Below are positions 8,270 to 17,793 of a stretch of DNA of 64,000 nt, in pieces (the stretch's first letter is position 1; each line of letters opens with the position of its first letter). Source of the DNA: Candidatus Cloacimonadales bacterium. Its GTDB lineage: Bacteria > Cloacimonadota > Cloacimonadia > Cloacimonadales > JAFGVF01. Made by a program: the position numbers and the translations under genes. The stretch is from NCBI GenBank assembly GCA_963663475.2, contig CAXXJV010000001.1, positions 1-64,000 of the forward strand. Direction: 5' to 3'. Below the pieces are notes generated by a model. That model searched no databases. It was not told where the DNA came from and saw only the letters and a list, made by a program, of their open reading frames with translations.

Positions 8270-8764
8270 CTAAATTCTCAATTCCTGAAGTGTCATTTTC
8301 ACTGCCAATTCTAAGAAAGGGCTAGGTTTTCTTCCGTGTTTTTTCATATTGATAGCAATAGCCCAAGCAGTTTGGGTTATTTTTTTATCTATCAAGTCTT
8401 GTTTCTTGGGTCTTTTACTTCTTTTCATGCTTTGAGCTTTAGACCAGGCACTTTTTATCTCATTTTTTACTATTCCCTTCTTGCGAACCCATTCTTTAAT
8501 CTTATCAACTGGGGGCATATGGGGCTTGATTCCTTCATGTAGGTACTTAGGATATTTGGTAGAACCTGAGAGTTTCCCACCTTCAGCAACATATACCAGA
8601 ATATAGGTTTCAGTATCAGACACCACAGTTTTAGTCTGGATAGAGTTCTTTAAATGCCCTGTAACGACCATTTTCTCACTTTCTACGATGTTTATTGCCC
8701 TTGTCCTTATCTTGTCAGCAATTAAACCTAATTCTTCTTTTAAATGCCTTTTTACGCTTTCCAT
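8270..8764 (-). CDS. HK97 gp10-like neck/tail-completion protein
   Basis: 'TGHLKNSI...YPKYLHEG...PP...WVRKKG...AWAIA...KHGRKPSPFL'; AAGGAG before MESVKR; the upstream extension is a repeat element. Confidence 0.7.
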   Translation of the reverse strand: MESVKRHLKEELGLIADKIRTRAINIVESEKMVVTGHLKNSIQTKTVVSDTETYILVYVAEGGKLSGSTKYPKYLHEGIKPHMPPVDKIKEWVRKKGIVKNEIKSAWSKAQSMKRSKRPKKQDLIDKKITQTAWAIAINMKKHGRKPSPFLELAVKMTLQELRI

Positions 8765-8833
8765 GTGTTTCTCCTTTAATTTATCGCCCGAAGTCCCTTG
8801 CCTAGGCCTGAGGGACTCCGGTCTTCTCACTCA

Positions 8834-9196
8834 CTATATATCAATAAAAGGCAAAAATCCTTCTCGTTCATTTATGATGTCATAGATAATCAGATTAGCT
8901 TCTTTGAGATAAAAGTCTTGTCTTCTCATCACATCAGCATCAGAAATTAAATGTTGAGCAGATTCACCTGTCCCCACTTGTTTAAAGACTCCTTTATTGC
9001 CTGCTATATAAGATATACGAGGTATCAGGTAATATGCAGTTAAATACTTAAGAGCCTTGGTTATAGCATTATCTCCTGTATCTTCTACACCCTTGCGGCC
9101 GATGTATTCATAAGCATCATTTATAGCATTCTCAATCACATCGTTATTTACATCTGTAATGTTCATAAATGTTTTAATCTGGTCTGCAGTAATCAT
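8834..9196 (-). CDS. Head-tail connector/adaptor-like protein
   Basis: 'MITADQIKTF...IENAINDAYEYI...ALKYLTAYYL' pattern and position in head operon. Confidence 0.55.
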   Translation of the reverse strand: MITADQIKTFMNITDVNNDVIENAINDAYEYIGRKGVEDTGDNAITKALKYLTAYYLIPRISYIAGNKGVFKQVGTGESAQHLISDADVMRRQDFYLKEANLIIYDIINEREGFLPFIDI

Positions 9197-9573
9197 AAAA
9201 GCTCCTCAAAGTGTAAGGTTTCTGTAGTTAAATTAAAGAGGGTGGCCTTGTACTCACTTCCGTTTATAACAAGGGGTGGTGATGTTTCAAGAGAGACAAA
9301 TAAGTCAGCATCAAACTGCTCAATTTTACTGAGCAATTCTAAGACAATTTGAGTATGATTTACACTAGTTTCATCTGTTTTAGTTACTATGGTAAGACTT
9401 ACGTCCACCTGGTATCGGTTGAGGTTTAGAGATTCATTTTTCTTTTTAAAGACCTTTTCCAAGGAATACAGAGCCTTTCTATGGTAAGAGGCAATATCAG
9501 TATTAATATCTACTAAAGAAAGGCCTGTGCCTGCAATTAGCTCTTCTATCACATTCCATAAGGGGTAAATCAT
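9193..9573 (-). CDS. Phage structural protein (tail terminator-like?)
   Basis: Coupled to portal and connector genes; 126 aa. Confidence 0.5.
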   Translation of the reverse strand: MIYPLWNVIEELIAGTGLSLVDINTDIASYHRKALYSLEKVFKKKNESLNLNRYQVDVSLTIVTKTDETSVNHTQIVLELLSKIEQFDADLFVSLETSPPLVINGSEYKATLFNLTTETLHFEELL

Positions 9574-10628
9574 TAAGACCTCCTAAGCAAGCTGTCCACA
9601 CTTGTATTTTCTTTGATATTATAGACTAGAGGGTTAATAGTGAAGTCTGGATTATTTCCAAAAATACCAGGATATTTCTTTGCCAGTCCTCCGAATTGCC
9701 CAGATAAGACTAATTGTTTTGGATGGATGGTAGTCTGGAAGAAGATCTCCATTTGCCCTTCAGTTTCTCCTGAACCTCCCATAGCAGTAGTATTAACCAT
9801 AGAGAGTAAGCGGGGTGGTACTGCATGACAAGCAATGATGTTAGTAATACATTGTTGCTCCAACTGTAAGAAAGAAGCATCTTCTCTTTGCTGTAAAGCA
9901 GTCCATTTTCCTGACATTCCTTCTTTGTAAGGTATAACTAAAAGTTTATGAGCTCTTTCTTCTCCCTGGAACTTTTGTCTGAAGAAAGATTGAACATTAT
10001 ATTGAGCATTGGGTGAAATAGCTCCTCCCATTATCTCATAAACATAGTCTGGGATAGCGTTATTATCAAAAAATCTCTCATTATAAGTCTTAATCCTTTT
10101 AATAATCCTAATATCAGGGAGTATAGGAAGATAAGAAGGTGCACCATAAATTGTAGATAAAGGTGTAGCTTGTTTAAAATGAAATACTTCATCTTCTTTA
10201 AAATCAACACTTTCTCCGTTAACTGTTTGCCTGTAACCTGTTTTAATTTTTCTCATAGTTTGAGCAGGCAAGTGAAAGATTTGTCTTTTGCTTCCTACTT
10301 TAGGTAACTCCCAGTAAGCATTTCCATACATTTCATAATCCTTAATTGTTTTTAATAATAAAGTAATTGCTGAATCTGTTGGCGTTACTTCTTCCAGGAT
10401 GTCCATAATTCTCTTATCAAAGCCCTTGCCCAGGATATTGATTGCTTTCTTTTCAATACACTCAGCATGATAAGGATTGATTGTATAAGCATCAGTGAGT
10501 TCATCCATTTCAAAAGGATAGTTGAACTCGTCGTCTTTTAAATCTAAAGCCTTACTTTTAGATGCTTGAGTATCATCAGATTTACTGATAATTACAAATG
10601 GTTCGTAGTTTAATTCATTACTATTCAT
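9573..10628 (-). CDS. Phage portal protein, PBSX/P2 family
   Basis: 'NPYHAECIEKKA...DYEMYGNAYWE...EVFHFKQ...IYGAPSY...RFFDNNAIP...IIACHAVPPRL'. Confidence 0.9.
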   Translation of the reverse strand: MNSNELNYEPFVIISKSDDTQASKSKALDLKDDEFNYPFEMDELTDAYTINPYHAECIEKKAINILGKGFDKRIMDILEEVTPTDSAITLLLKTIKDYEMYGNAYWELPKVGSKRQIFHLPAQTMRKIKTGYRQTVNGESVDFKEDEVFHFKQATPLSTIYGAPSYLPILPDIRIIKRIKTYNERFFDNNAIPDYVYEIMGGAISPNAQYNVQSFFRQKFQGEERAHKLLVIPYKEGMSGKWTALQQREDASFLQLEQQCITNIIACHAVPPRLLSMVNTTAMGGSGETEGQMEIFFQTTIHPKQLVLSGQFGGLAKKYPGIFGNNPDFTINPLVYNIKENTSVDSLLRRS

Positions 10629-10660
10629 ATATTTCTCCTTTTATTCCCCTACATTCCTCA

Positions 10661-11929
10661 CTAAACAACCATCACTCCATCAATCACTCTTTCAGAATGT
10701 CTTAAATCATAAAGCATAGCTAAAGACCAAAATTTATCTCCATGATGTTCAGTGCTTTCTGCATTATAGGAGAAGATGTTAGTACGGTTAGCAGATCTCT
10801 TTATTGATAAAATATGATTAAGCAGTGAAGGATCATTTGGTATTAATAGTTTCTTGTCTTCGAAGCCTCTTTTTAATCTTTTGGCAAGCCTTTCTTTAAC
10901 AGCAGGAGCAAAGCTATATCCCTCAATTACATTAGGATAAAGGTAAGATAAATCTTCCCAGAGATTATAACCTATACCACCTCTATCTATAGCAAATCCA
11001 TCTGCATCAGATTGTCTTATCAAGTTTATAAAAAACTCTTTCTGATAGGCAAAAGTCTCTCTCTTTAAGTCCTTTATATAATTAACAACCATTAACTTAT
11101 CATCATTAATAAAGGCTCCTGTGATAGCAGTTTCATCTTTCTTTCTTCCAATATCAGCAGCATAAAACATTTTAGTGTCTTCAGGGGTTGGATGTTCGTT
11201 AACATAAAGACAGGGTTCTATCAGGTTGTAAGGAATATAAGAGTCTGTAGTATCTAATGGCAGGCATTCATAAGCTTGAGCAAATTCTTCAGGTGTAAAA
11301 AGACTTCTTAATTCATCAACATTAATATCAAGTCCTTCTTCTTTGGCTGTATGAATAGTGATTAAATGCTTAGAAAAAGCATCATTCTTATCCCATATTT
11401 CCCAAAACTTATCTATCCTACTCTTAGGAGTCGAGATTACTGTTACTCTTCCTTGAGCTGCTGTAATAGCAGGAATAATAGCTTTCCATACTTCCCTGTC
11501 CTGGATAATAAAAGCAAACTCATCTAAATATACATCACCTGCAAAACCTCTAGCAGTCATCCAATTAGTCGCCAAAGCTTTAATACTTTTACCATTGGGC
11601 ATTAAGATTTCATGTTCAGTATCATTAAAAGCTTCTATTCCCATTGCTTTAAGATGACTTCTTACATGGTTCATCACAATAACAGCATTATCTTTAGAAG
11701 CTGAAACTATTAACTGGTCCTTGTTATTAATTAATGAACCAATAATCATCTCTAGGCCTGATAGAAAAGAAAATCCTATTTGTCTCGATTTATTAGCAAT
11801 CCTATACCTGGATTTATCAGCTAAGAACTTCTTTTGATATATTCTTAAGTTCTTGATACAGTATTGCTGTATAGCAGTCCTGACAAAAGCAGGTACCTTA
11901 TCTGTTGACCATATTTGCCCTTTTTTCAT
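10661..11929 (-). CDS. Terminase large subunit (P2 gpP/Mu gp28-like, Terminase_6)
   Basis: Walker A-like KSRQIGFS, Walker B VYLDEFAF, ISTP, nuclease motifs DIGRKKD and HGDKFWS. Confidence 0.92.
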   Translation of the reverse strand: MKKGQIWSTDKVPAFVRTAIQQYCIKNLRIYQKKFLADKSRYRIANKSRQIGFSFLSGLEMIIGSLINNKDQLIVSASKDNAVIVMNHVRSHLKAMGIEAFNDTEHEILMPNGKSIKALATNWMTARGFAGDVYLDEFAFIIQDREVWKAIIPAITAAQGRVTVISTPKSRIDKFWEIWDKNDAFSKHLITIHTAKEEGLDINVDELRSLFTPEEFAQAYECLPLDTTDSYIPYNLIEPCLYVNEHPTPEDTKMFYAADIGRKKDETAITGAFINDDKLMVVNYIKDLKRETFAYQKEFFINLIRQSDADGFAIDRGGIGYNLWEDLSYLYPNVIEGYSFAPAVKERLAKRLKRGFEDKKLLIPNDPSLLNHILSIKRSANRTNIFSYNAESTEHHGDKFWSLAMLYDLRHSERVIDGVMVV

Positions 11930-12062
11930 TTTTCTCCTATTCCCCTCTGTGGAGGGGTGCCTGTAAAGGCGGGGTGGTTTCTTAAGTGGGCGAAAGATGT
12001 TTCACCCCTACTCAATTCTCCATTAATAATTATGATTTATTTTTTATCCGTCCATAACTTTC

Positions 12063-12100
12063 GGTATAGATGTATATATCTATACCAAAACATATTGACA
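12063..12100. promoter_or_regulatory. 24-bp palindrome next to a TTGACA -35 box in the divergent terminase/capsid intergenic region
   Basis: GGTATAGATGTATATATCTATACC (12063-12086), TTGACA at 12095-12100. Confidence 0.45.
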
Positions 12101-12156
12101 CCCTTTAAAAAAAGAGCAATTTTATCCATGTAATTAATTTTATTAAGGAGGCTTGA

Positions 12157-12792
12157 ATGCCAAAATTAAAAGAGTTAGATGTCTCTTTTGTGTCATTGGT
12201 TAAGAACCCTGCCAATAAAAAGGATATCGTATTTAAAGCAGCTGATAAATACAATATCACTAAAATGGTTAAAGTGGTTAAAACTGATCCTAAAGGGCTT
12301 ATCTATGGAACTGTCTATGAAGCTGACACTAAGGATTCACAAGGTGACTGGGCTGATATTGATACTATTAGAAAAGCTGCTCATGAATTTCTAATGAAAG
12401 GTAAAAATCTAAATGTTGATGAAGACCATAATGAAAAACCTTCAGGTGCTGCTATTGTCGAATCTTATGTTGATGACAAAGCTTGGAAGGTAACTATTAA
12501 GGCCGACCCGGAAAGCGAAACCTTTAAAAAAGTTATGAAAGGTGATTATGAAGGACTTTCTCTCATGGGAGTTGCTAAGAAAGTTGAAGAAGAACCACCT
12601 GCTAAAGAAGATGCTTTAGCAAAATCTATGGAAGAAATTAAACAATTAAAAGAACAGGTTGCTCAATTACAGAAAAGTATGGAAAGCCTACCTGGTACAA
12701 AGCAAATCGAATTCGATAAAGACGGTAATATCATAGCTAAAAAAAGCGATGATACCGAACTATTCTCTGAATTCAAAACCTTGGAGGTTTAA
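12157..12792 (+). CDS. XkdF-like prohead serine protease/scaffold
   Basis: 'VSFVSLVKNPANK...LIYGTVYE...DSQGD...IRKAAHEF...VDEDH...IVESY...GLSLMG'. Confidence 0.85.
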   Translation: MPKLKELDVSFVSLVKNPANKKDIVFKAADKYNITKMVKVVKTDPKGLIYGTVYEADTKDSQGDWADIDTIRKAAHEFLMKGKNLNVDEDHNEKPSGAAIVESYVDDKAWKVTIKADPESETFKKVMKGDYEGLSLMGVAKKVEEEPPAKEDALAKSMEEIKQLKEQVAQLQKSMESLPGTKQIEFDKDGNIIAKKSDDTELFSEFKTLEV

Positions 12793-12794
12793 GA

Positions 12795-13628
12795 ATGGCT
12801 AAACTTTTATCAAAAAAATCTGCTGACCGCTTCATTGAGATAATGGTAGAAAACTCTCCAGTTCTCAAGAAGATTTCCTTCGCAACTCTCTCTATGCCTG
12901 TTTGTGAATATCCTCTTTTGGGAATTAGCAGATATAAGACTCGCGGGATTGCCCGTAACTCTGTCGCATCTCTCGTAAATCCTACTGATGTAACAATTTC
13001 TTTCAACTGTAAAGAAGTTGTTTTACCTTTAGTTATTCCTGATTCTTATGCTGAAGATATGAATACTTCACAAGAAAAAATAGCTAATTATGTTGCTCGC
13101 GTTTTTGGCCTGGATATGCAATACCTTTTCTTAGCAGGTGATACTGCTAATGAAGGAACTGCTGATAAAGACCTTCTTGCAAAAACTCTTGATGGTTTGG
13201 TTAAGCAAGTAACTGCCAGTGGAAACACTGTTGATTATCCTGCTGATGCTACACCTTTAGACAAGCTTAAGCTCTTAATCAAGGCACTTCCCGATAACGC
13301 TTTGGCTGATCCTAAACTGGAAATCTGGATGGGTTCCTCTGATTACACTGACCTCTGGGATTCCATTGCCAATAACTCTGCTGATAAAGCACTCTTGATG
13401 AAAGATAACAAAATCTATTATAGAACTAAAGAAGTTGTCGAAATTCCTGAACTCTCTAAGATTATTGTTCTCAATCCTGAGCATGTTGCAGCTGGTATTG
13501 TTAGAGATATGACTATCGAAACTCAGCGTTATCCTGAAGCTCGTGGTAACAAAGTTGTTCTTTCTGCTCGTGTAGATATTCAACCTGTTACTGATCACAT
13601 GGTTATTGAAGGTAGCCAATCAGCTTAA
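12795..13628 (+). CDS. Major capsid protein (XkdG/P2-like, HK97 fold)
   Basis: Follows protease; 'LLSKKSADRFIE...KEVVLPLVIPD..EDMN...FGLDMQYLFLAGD...DGLVK'. Confidence 0.8.
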   Translation: MAKLLSKKSADRFIEIMVENSPVLKKISFATLSMPVCEYPLLGISRYKTRGIARNSVASLVNPTDVTISFNCKEVVLPLVIPDSYAEDMNTSQEKIANYVARVFGLDMQYLFLAGDTANEGTADKDLLAKTLDGLVKQVTASGNTVDYPADATPLDKLKLLIKALPDNALADPKLEIWMGSSDYTDLWDSIANNSADKALLMKDNKIYYRTKEVVEIPELSKIIVLNPEHVAAGIVRDMTIETQRYPEARGNKVVLSARVDIQPVTDHMVIEGSQSA

Positions 13629-13638
13629 GGAGTTGATT

Positions 13639-13836
13639 ATGCCTGTTTGTGAGCAACACGCACGACTTGAAGAAGATATTAAATATATCAAAAATAAACT
13701 TGATGGCAATGGTCGTCCAGGTGTCCTGGAACGGCTTAGCCGTCTGGAAACGAAATTAACAATCATAATCTGGCTTAATGGTTTTATGGCTTCTGCTGTG
13801 ATTGGAAGCATTATTAAGTCTATAATTGGAGGATAA
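13639..13836 (+). CDS. Holin-like/XhlA-like small membrane protein
   Basis: AAGGAG RBS; 'LDGNGRPGVLERLSRLE' plus C-terminal TM helix; upstream of lysozyme. Confidence 0.6.
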   Translation: MPVCEQHARLEEDIKYIKNKLDGNGRPGVLERLSRLETKLTIIIWLNGFMASAVIGSIIKSIIGG

Positions 13837-14248
13837 TGTGGGCGAATTATTTAATCATCCTGCTGTTGTATCTGCTATTAGTGTAATCTTTACACTTTTT
13901 ATTATGGGGGCTTTCTGGATTATTAAAAAGCAAAAACTTAACTTTGACTTCTTACTTCCAACAGTCACCACTATTATTGAAGCTATCTTTGCTAATGCTA
14001 AGGCAACTAATCCTGCTTTAGCTGCAAGACAAGAAGTAGAGACGCGACTGTCTCAAGAGGAATTAGCTAGACTCTCTAAACGCTTAGCTACCAACGACCC
14101 CGTCCAAACTATATATAATACTATAACAAATCCGGCCAGAGAGTCCGGGGAAAAAGATGCTTCTTCCTGGATAAGACAAATTGCAAGTGGCTTAGGTGCT
14201 TCTGCTATCTCTGGACTCGCAAAAGGATTGGCAAAGAAGTTGTTTTAG
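13826..14248 (+). CDS. Phage membrane protein in the lysis region
   Basis: N-terminal TM helix; between holin-like gene and lysozyme; start uncertain. Confidence 0.6.
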   Translation: MEDNVGELFNHPAVVSAISVIFTLFIMGAFWIIKKQKLNFDFLLPTVTTIIEAIFANAKATNPALAARQEVETRLSQEELARLSKRLATNDPVQTIYNTITNPARESGEKDASSWIRQIASGLGASAISGLAKGLAKKLF

Positions 14249-14256
14249 AGAAAATT

Positions 14257-14706
14257 ATGATGAGACACATTAAAATTCAATGTAAAGAAATCGCTCGTAA
14301 GATGCTGATGAAACACGAAGGTCTAAGACTTAAACCTTATTCTTGCTCAGCAGGAAAACTAACAATTGGTTTTGGGCGAAATTTGGAAGACAAGGGAATC
14401 ACTGAAGTTGAAGCACATAATCTACTTGATAATGATATTGATTCTCTTGTCTCTCAACTGATTAAAACTTATCCCTGGTTTAGGGAACTCAATGATGTGA
14501 GAAAGGCTGTTGTTATTGATATGGCCTTTAACTTAGGACTAGCAGGCTTCTCTGCTTTTAAAAAGACTATTGCTTACCTTACTCAGCATGATTACTCTAA
14601 TGCTTCTCGCGAAATGCTTAACAGCAAGTGGGCTATGCAAGTGGGTTATCGTGCCAATGAGCTATCTAAGCTAATGGAGAATGGAGAATTGAGAAGTGAG
14701 AAATAA
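14257..14706 (+). CDS. Phage lysozyme (GH24, T4-like endolysin)
   Basis: 'HEGLRLKPY...GKLTIGFGRNL...VRKAVVIDMAFNLG...EMLNSKWAMQVGYRA'. Confidence 0.92.
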   Translation: MMRHIKIQCKEIARKMLMKHEGLRLKPYSCSAGKLTIGFGRNLEDKGITEVEAHNLLDNDIDSLVSQLIKTYPWFRELNDVRKAVVIDMAFNLGLAGFSAFKKTIAYLTQHDYSNASREMLNSKWAMQVGYRANELSKLMENGELRSEK

Positions 14707-14753
14707 CCGGGAACGCTGACATCTTGTCGGCACACTAAATATAAGGAGAAAAT

Positions 14754-15275
14754 ATGTTAACTAAAATAACAACTCTTACTTATGACTTGCTAACATCAGT
14801 TAATTCTGTATTTAGCAAACAATGTAGAGTTTATGTAGCAAAAGGTTCAATGGAAGAAGCTGATATACCTACAGACAAAGCATCACTTCAAGCACTCTAT
14901 TCAGGTGTTGACGCTAAGTTTGTCTTTCTGGGTAACCTTTCTGAAAGTGGATCTAAAATTGGTTGGAAGCAAAACTCAATTGCAATTGACTTTGGTTCAA
15001 TAAATACCAATACTGATATTACAGGAACACTAATTTCACTTATGTGCGATAAAAATATGCTTGGTTTCATCGAAACTCAAGTAGGAGAACATTCATTTCT
15101 TTTTATACCTGATAAAGGTGATGATACTATTCTCTGTGCTCTTTCTGGAGTAACAATGTCTCATGAAGGTGAGATTCCTGTAGTAGGAAAGAATGAAACA
15201 GCCAAAATAACCTTAAATCTAACTGCAAACGTTAATAAGGTTACTGATGCTGTTAAATTTAGCAATCTAGCATAG
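14754..15275 (+). CDS. Putative major tail (tube) protein
   Basis: 173 aa, beta-rich, first gene of tail block, strong RBS. Confidence 0.45.
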   Translation: MLTKITTLTYDLLTSVNSVFSKQCRVYVAKGSMEEADIPTDKASLQALYSGVDAKFVFLGNLSESGSKIGWKQNSIAIDFGSINTNTDITGTLISLMCDKNMLGFIETQVGEHSFLFIPDKGDDTILCALSGVTMSHEGEIPVVGKNETAKITLNLTANVNKVTDAVKFSNLA

Positions 15276-15285
15276 AGGTGAAATA

Positions 15286-15717
15286 ATGAAAATGATAAGA
15301 ATAAAGACCGGTAGTGAACTCCATGAGTTTTACGGAACTATTGATGTTACCCCTGAAATAAAGCATATGGTAGAAGAAGAATGTGTTTATAATACTGGTC
15401 TTTCTTATCGTTTTGGTAAGTATTTTGTTGATAAGATTCAGCTTAATCTGAGTATTTCAGCTGAGGACTACGAAAATCTCTACTATAAAGTTATGAACTT
15501 GAATGAGTGGATTATTGCCTGGGAAACCTTAAACGGCTACCAATGGAGAAAATCTCGTTCTCCTCTCCCATATCCCTCTAAAATTCGCTTTATTAACGAT
15601 GCTGTTACCCTAAAAATTGAGTCTGAACCTTACACTATACCAATGCAAAACATGACTAATATTACTATGAATACTATCTGGAATGAATCTACTCCGGATA
15701 ATACTATATGGAACTAG
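15286..15717 (+). CDS. Phage tail-region hypothetical protein
   Basis: GAGGTG RBS; position. Confidence 0.6.
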   Translation: MKMIRIKTGSELHEFYGTIDVTPEIKHMVEEECVYNTGLSYRFGKYFVDKIQLNLSISAEDYENLYYKVMNLNEWIIAWETLNGYQWRKSRSPLPYPSKIRFINDAVTLKIESEPYTIPMQNMTNITMNTIWNESTPDNTIWN

Positions 15718-15880
15718 GAGTGAGGAGTGAATAGAACACAATGACACAGATTAAACAGATTTACACAGATAAGAAAGATTTAATAATTTCGGTGTATTCG
15801 GTGTTTTCGGTGGCTAATATTTTCTTATCTTAAGACTCTGTGTTAAGGAAATTTAAAAGAATATAAAAAAAGGAGAAAGT

Positions 15881-16708
15881 ATGATAAATTTACCCGGTCC
15901 TGATACTACAGATTGGGGCACTCTCTATAACAGTGCTATTAATCAACTCGAAACTATGATTAATGCCAAAACAACAGAAATTTCATCTCTACAAACTCTT
16001 GTTAGCCAACTTCAAGCAGCTTTAAGCGAAATAGAAATGGATACGCAACATATAGATCACAATGGTACACCACTTTCTGATGTTGTCCATAATTTGGAAG
16101 GATCTTTTAACAATCCAATAACCCCAGGAACTAAAACCAAAATAACTTATGATGCTAAAGGTTTTGTGACAGGAGGTACTAACCTAACTGAAGGAGATAT
16201 TCCTGCACTTTCAATATCTAAAATCATAGGGCTTGAGGATATAATTAACATGGTGTTAGTTGATATGGATAGAGTAGAAATATCTGCTTCTATTCGTAAT
16301 ACAAATGGTGGAATTAGAGTCTCATGTTTTACTAATCCTCCTGTACCAGTACAATCATGGTCTGTAATGTTGGAATGGAAAGGGTCAATTTTTTATGATG
16401 TCCGTTCTTCCTCAAGTGAAAGCTTTATCAATATGGGTAATTATCCAGAAATACCTGATGGCCAATTAGTTAATATTATGGTGGCAGCAATATCTGGAAC
16501 CAGTATTAAAAAAAAGAACTATTCACATACTTATAATTATGTGGCAACTTCCATAGATTTAAGAGTAAAAGCTGTAGAACATGAACTCGCACCTCAAGCT
16601 CTCATGGACAGAATAGCTCAAGATGATAATATTCTGAATGAATTAGTTAACAAGCTTCAACACTCTGGCACATTAGTACAGCGTCTTAGTGAGGTTCTTG
16701 CCCGATGA
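15881..16708 (+). CDS. Tail fibre-like protein
   Basis: 'LPGPDTTDWGTLYNSAINQLE' N-terminus, 'GTKTKITYDAKGFVTGG...DIPALSISKIIGL' fibre repeat. Confidence 0.65.
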   Translation: MINLPGPDTTDWGTLYNSAINQLETMINAKTTEISSLQTLVSQLQAALSEIEMDTQHIDHNGTPLSDVVHNLEGSFNNPITPGTKTKITYDAKGFVTGGTNLTEGDIPALSISKIIGLEDIINMVLVDMDRVEISASIRNTNGGIRVSCFTNPPVPVQSWSVMLEWKGSIFYDVRSSSSESFINMGNYPEIPDGQLVNIMVAAISGTSIKKKNYSHTYNYVATSIDLRVKAVEHELAPQALMDRIAQDDNILNELVNKLQHSGTLVQRLSEVLAR

Positions 16709-16944
16709 CAAAGACCTTAAGAGACCTCAATGTTTATGAGTGGATGCAAGGCAAAACTGTAGCCACTAAACGCATTGATATTAGCCTTGAATATAAAGCT
16801 CCTATCTACTCCCTTGTAGATAAAAAGGAAGAAATTAACATCTTCGATAAAAATATAATCACTGAATCTGATGACTTTCCTGCTACACCTGAACCAGGTC
16901 AAATTGTTAGAAAAAATGGAATAACATACATTTACCGCCCTTAA
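16705..16944 (+). CDS. Small tail-fibre-associated protein
   Basis: Coupled to previous gene; C-terminal 'FPATPEPGQIVRKNGITYIY'. Confidence 0.6.
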   Translation: MTKTLRDLNVYEWMQGKTVATKRIDISLEYKAPIYSLVDKKEEINIFDKNIITESDDFPATPEPGQIVRKNGITYIYRP

Positions 16945-17007
16945 TTCCCCTCTGCGGAGGGGTGCCTGTAAAGGCGGGGTGGTATAACAAGAAATAAGGA
17001 GAAAAAA

Positions 17008-17208
17008 TTGAATTTAACCGAATATCTCGAACAAAAAAGACAAAGCTTAATAGCTACCAACAAGAACCTATCAGATGAAAAACTAAGAGTTGAAGGTGCC
17101 TGGTTAATCTTACAAGAGATTGAAGAGATAATAACAACCCCTAAATCCCCTAAAGGGGACTTTGAGGAAGAGAAACCCAAAACAAAGAAAACAAAGAGAG
17201 GTAAATAA
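17008..17208 (+). CDS. Small coiled-coil phage protein (fibre chaperone-like?)
   Basis: AAGGAG RBS, TTG start; contains an in-frame palindromic repeat (PKSPKGDF). Confidence 0.55.
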   Translation: MNLTEYLEQKRQSLIATNKNLSDEKLRVEGAWLILQEIEEIITTPKSPKGDFEEEKPKTKKTKRGK

Positions 17209-17792
17209 TGGCTTGGAAGAAAATAGTAGATTCATCATTTACTATTAATGGTAAGGCACTAGAAGGTCCAATTGAATTAACAAAAGAAGATGTTGGACTT
17301 AGTAATGTAGATAACCTTTCCAGAGAACAACTAATTGCAGGACTTACAGCTGATGATATTCCTGTAATTACTATAAGTAAAGTAACAGGTCTCCAAGGTG
17401 CATTAGATGCAAAAGTTCCTACTAGCAGAACTATTGCCGGTAAGCCCTTAACAGCTGATATATCTCTTGCTAAGGCTGATGTAGGACTGGCAAACGTAGA
17501 AAATAAATCACCTGAAGAACTTTCATCACTTATCAGAAGTCAAATTGTGGCTGATGATATACCACTACTTGAAATAACAAAAATAAATGGATTAGTTGAT
17601 TTACATGTGTTTCTAGCCTCTGAAATTAGCTCTAAAGTGTCTAAAACCACTACCATTAATGGAAAGGCTTTAGATGCTAATATCTCTCTTGGCGGACAAG
17701 ATATCATTAGGCCAGAGTCTTCTCTCCCTGCATCTGGTTCCCCTGGTGAAATGATTAGATTCTCAGGTAATACCTATATATGGAAGGCTTAA
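17208..17792 (+). CDS. Tail fibre repeat protein
   Basis: Repeats 'TINGKAL...LTKEDVGLSNVDN', 'DIPVITISKVTGL', 'KVPTSRTIAGKPLTADISL'. Confidence 0.75.
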   Translation: MAWKKIVDSSFTINGKALEGPIELTKEDVGLSNVDNLSREQLIAGLTADDIPVITISKVTGLQGALDAKVPTSRTIAGKPLTADISLAKADVGLANVENKSPEELSSLIRSQIVADDIPLLEITKINGLVDLHVFLASEISSKVSKTTTINGKALDANISLGGQDIIRPESSLPASGSPGEMIRFSGNTYIWKA

Positions 17793-17793
17793 T

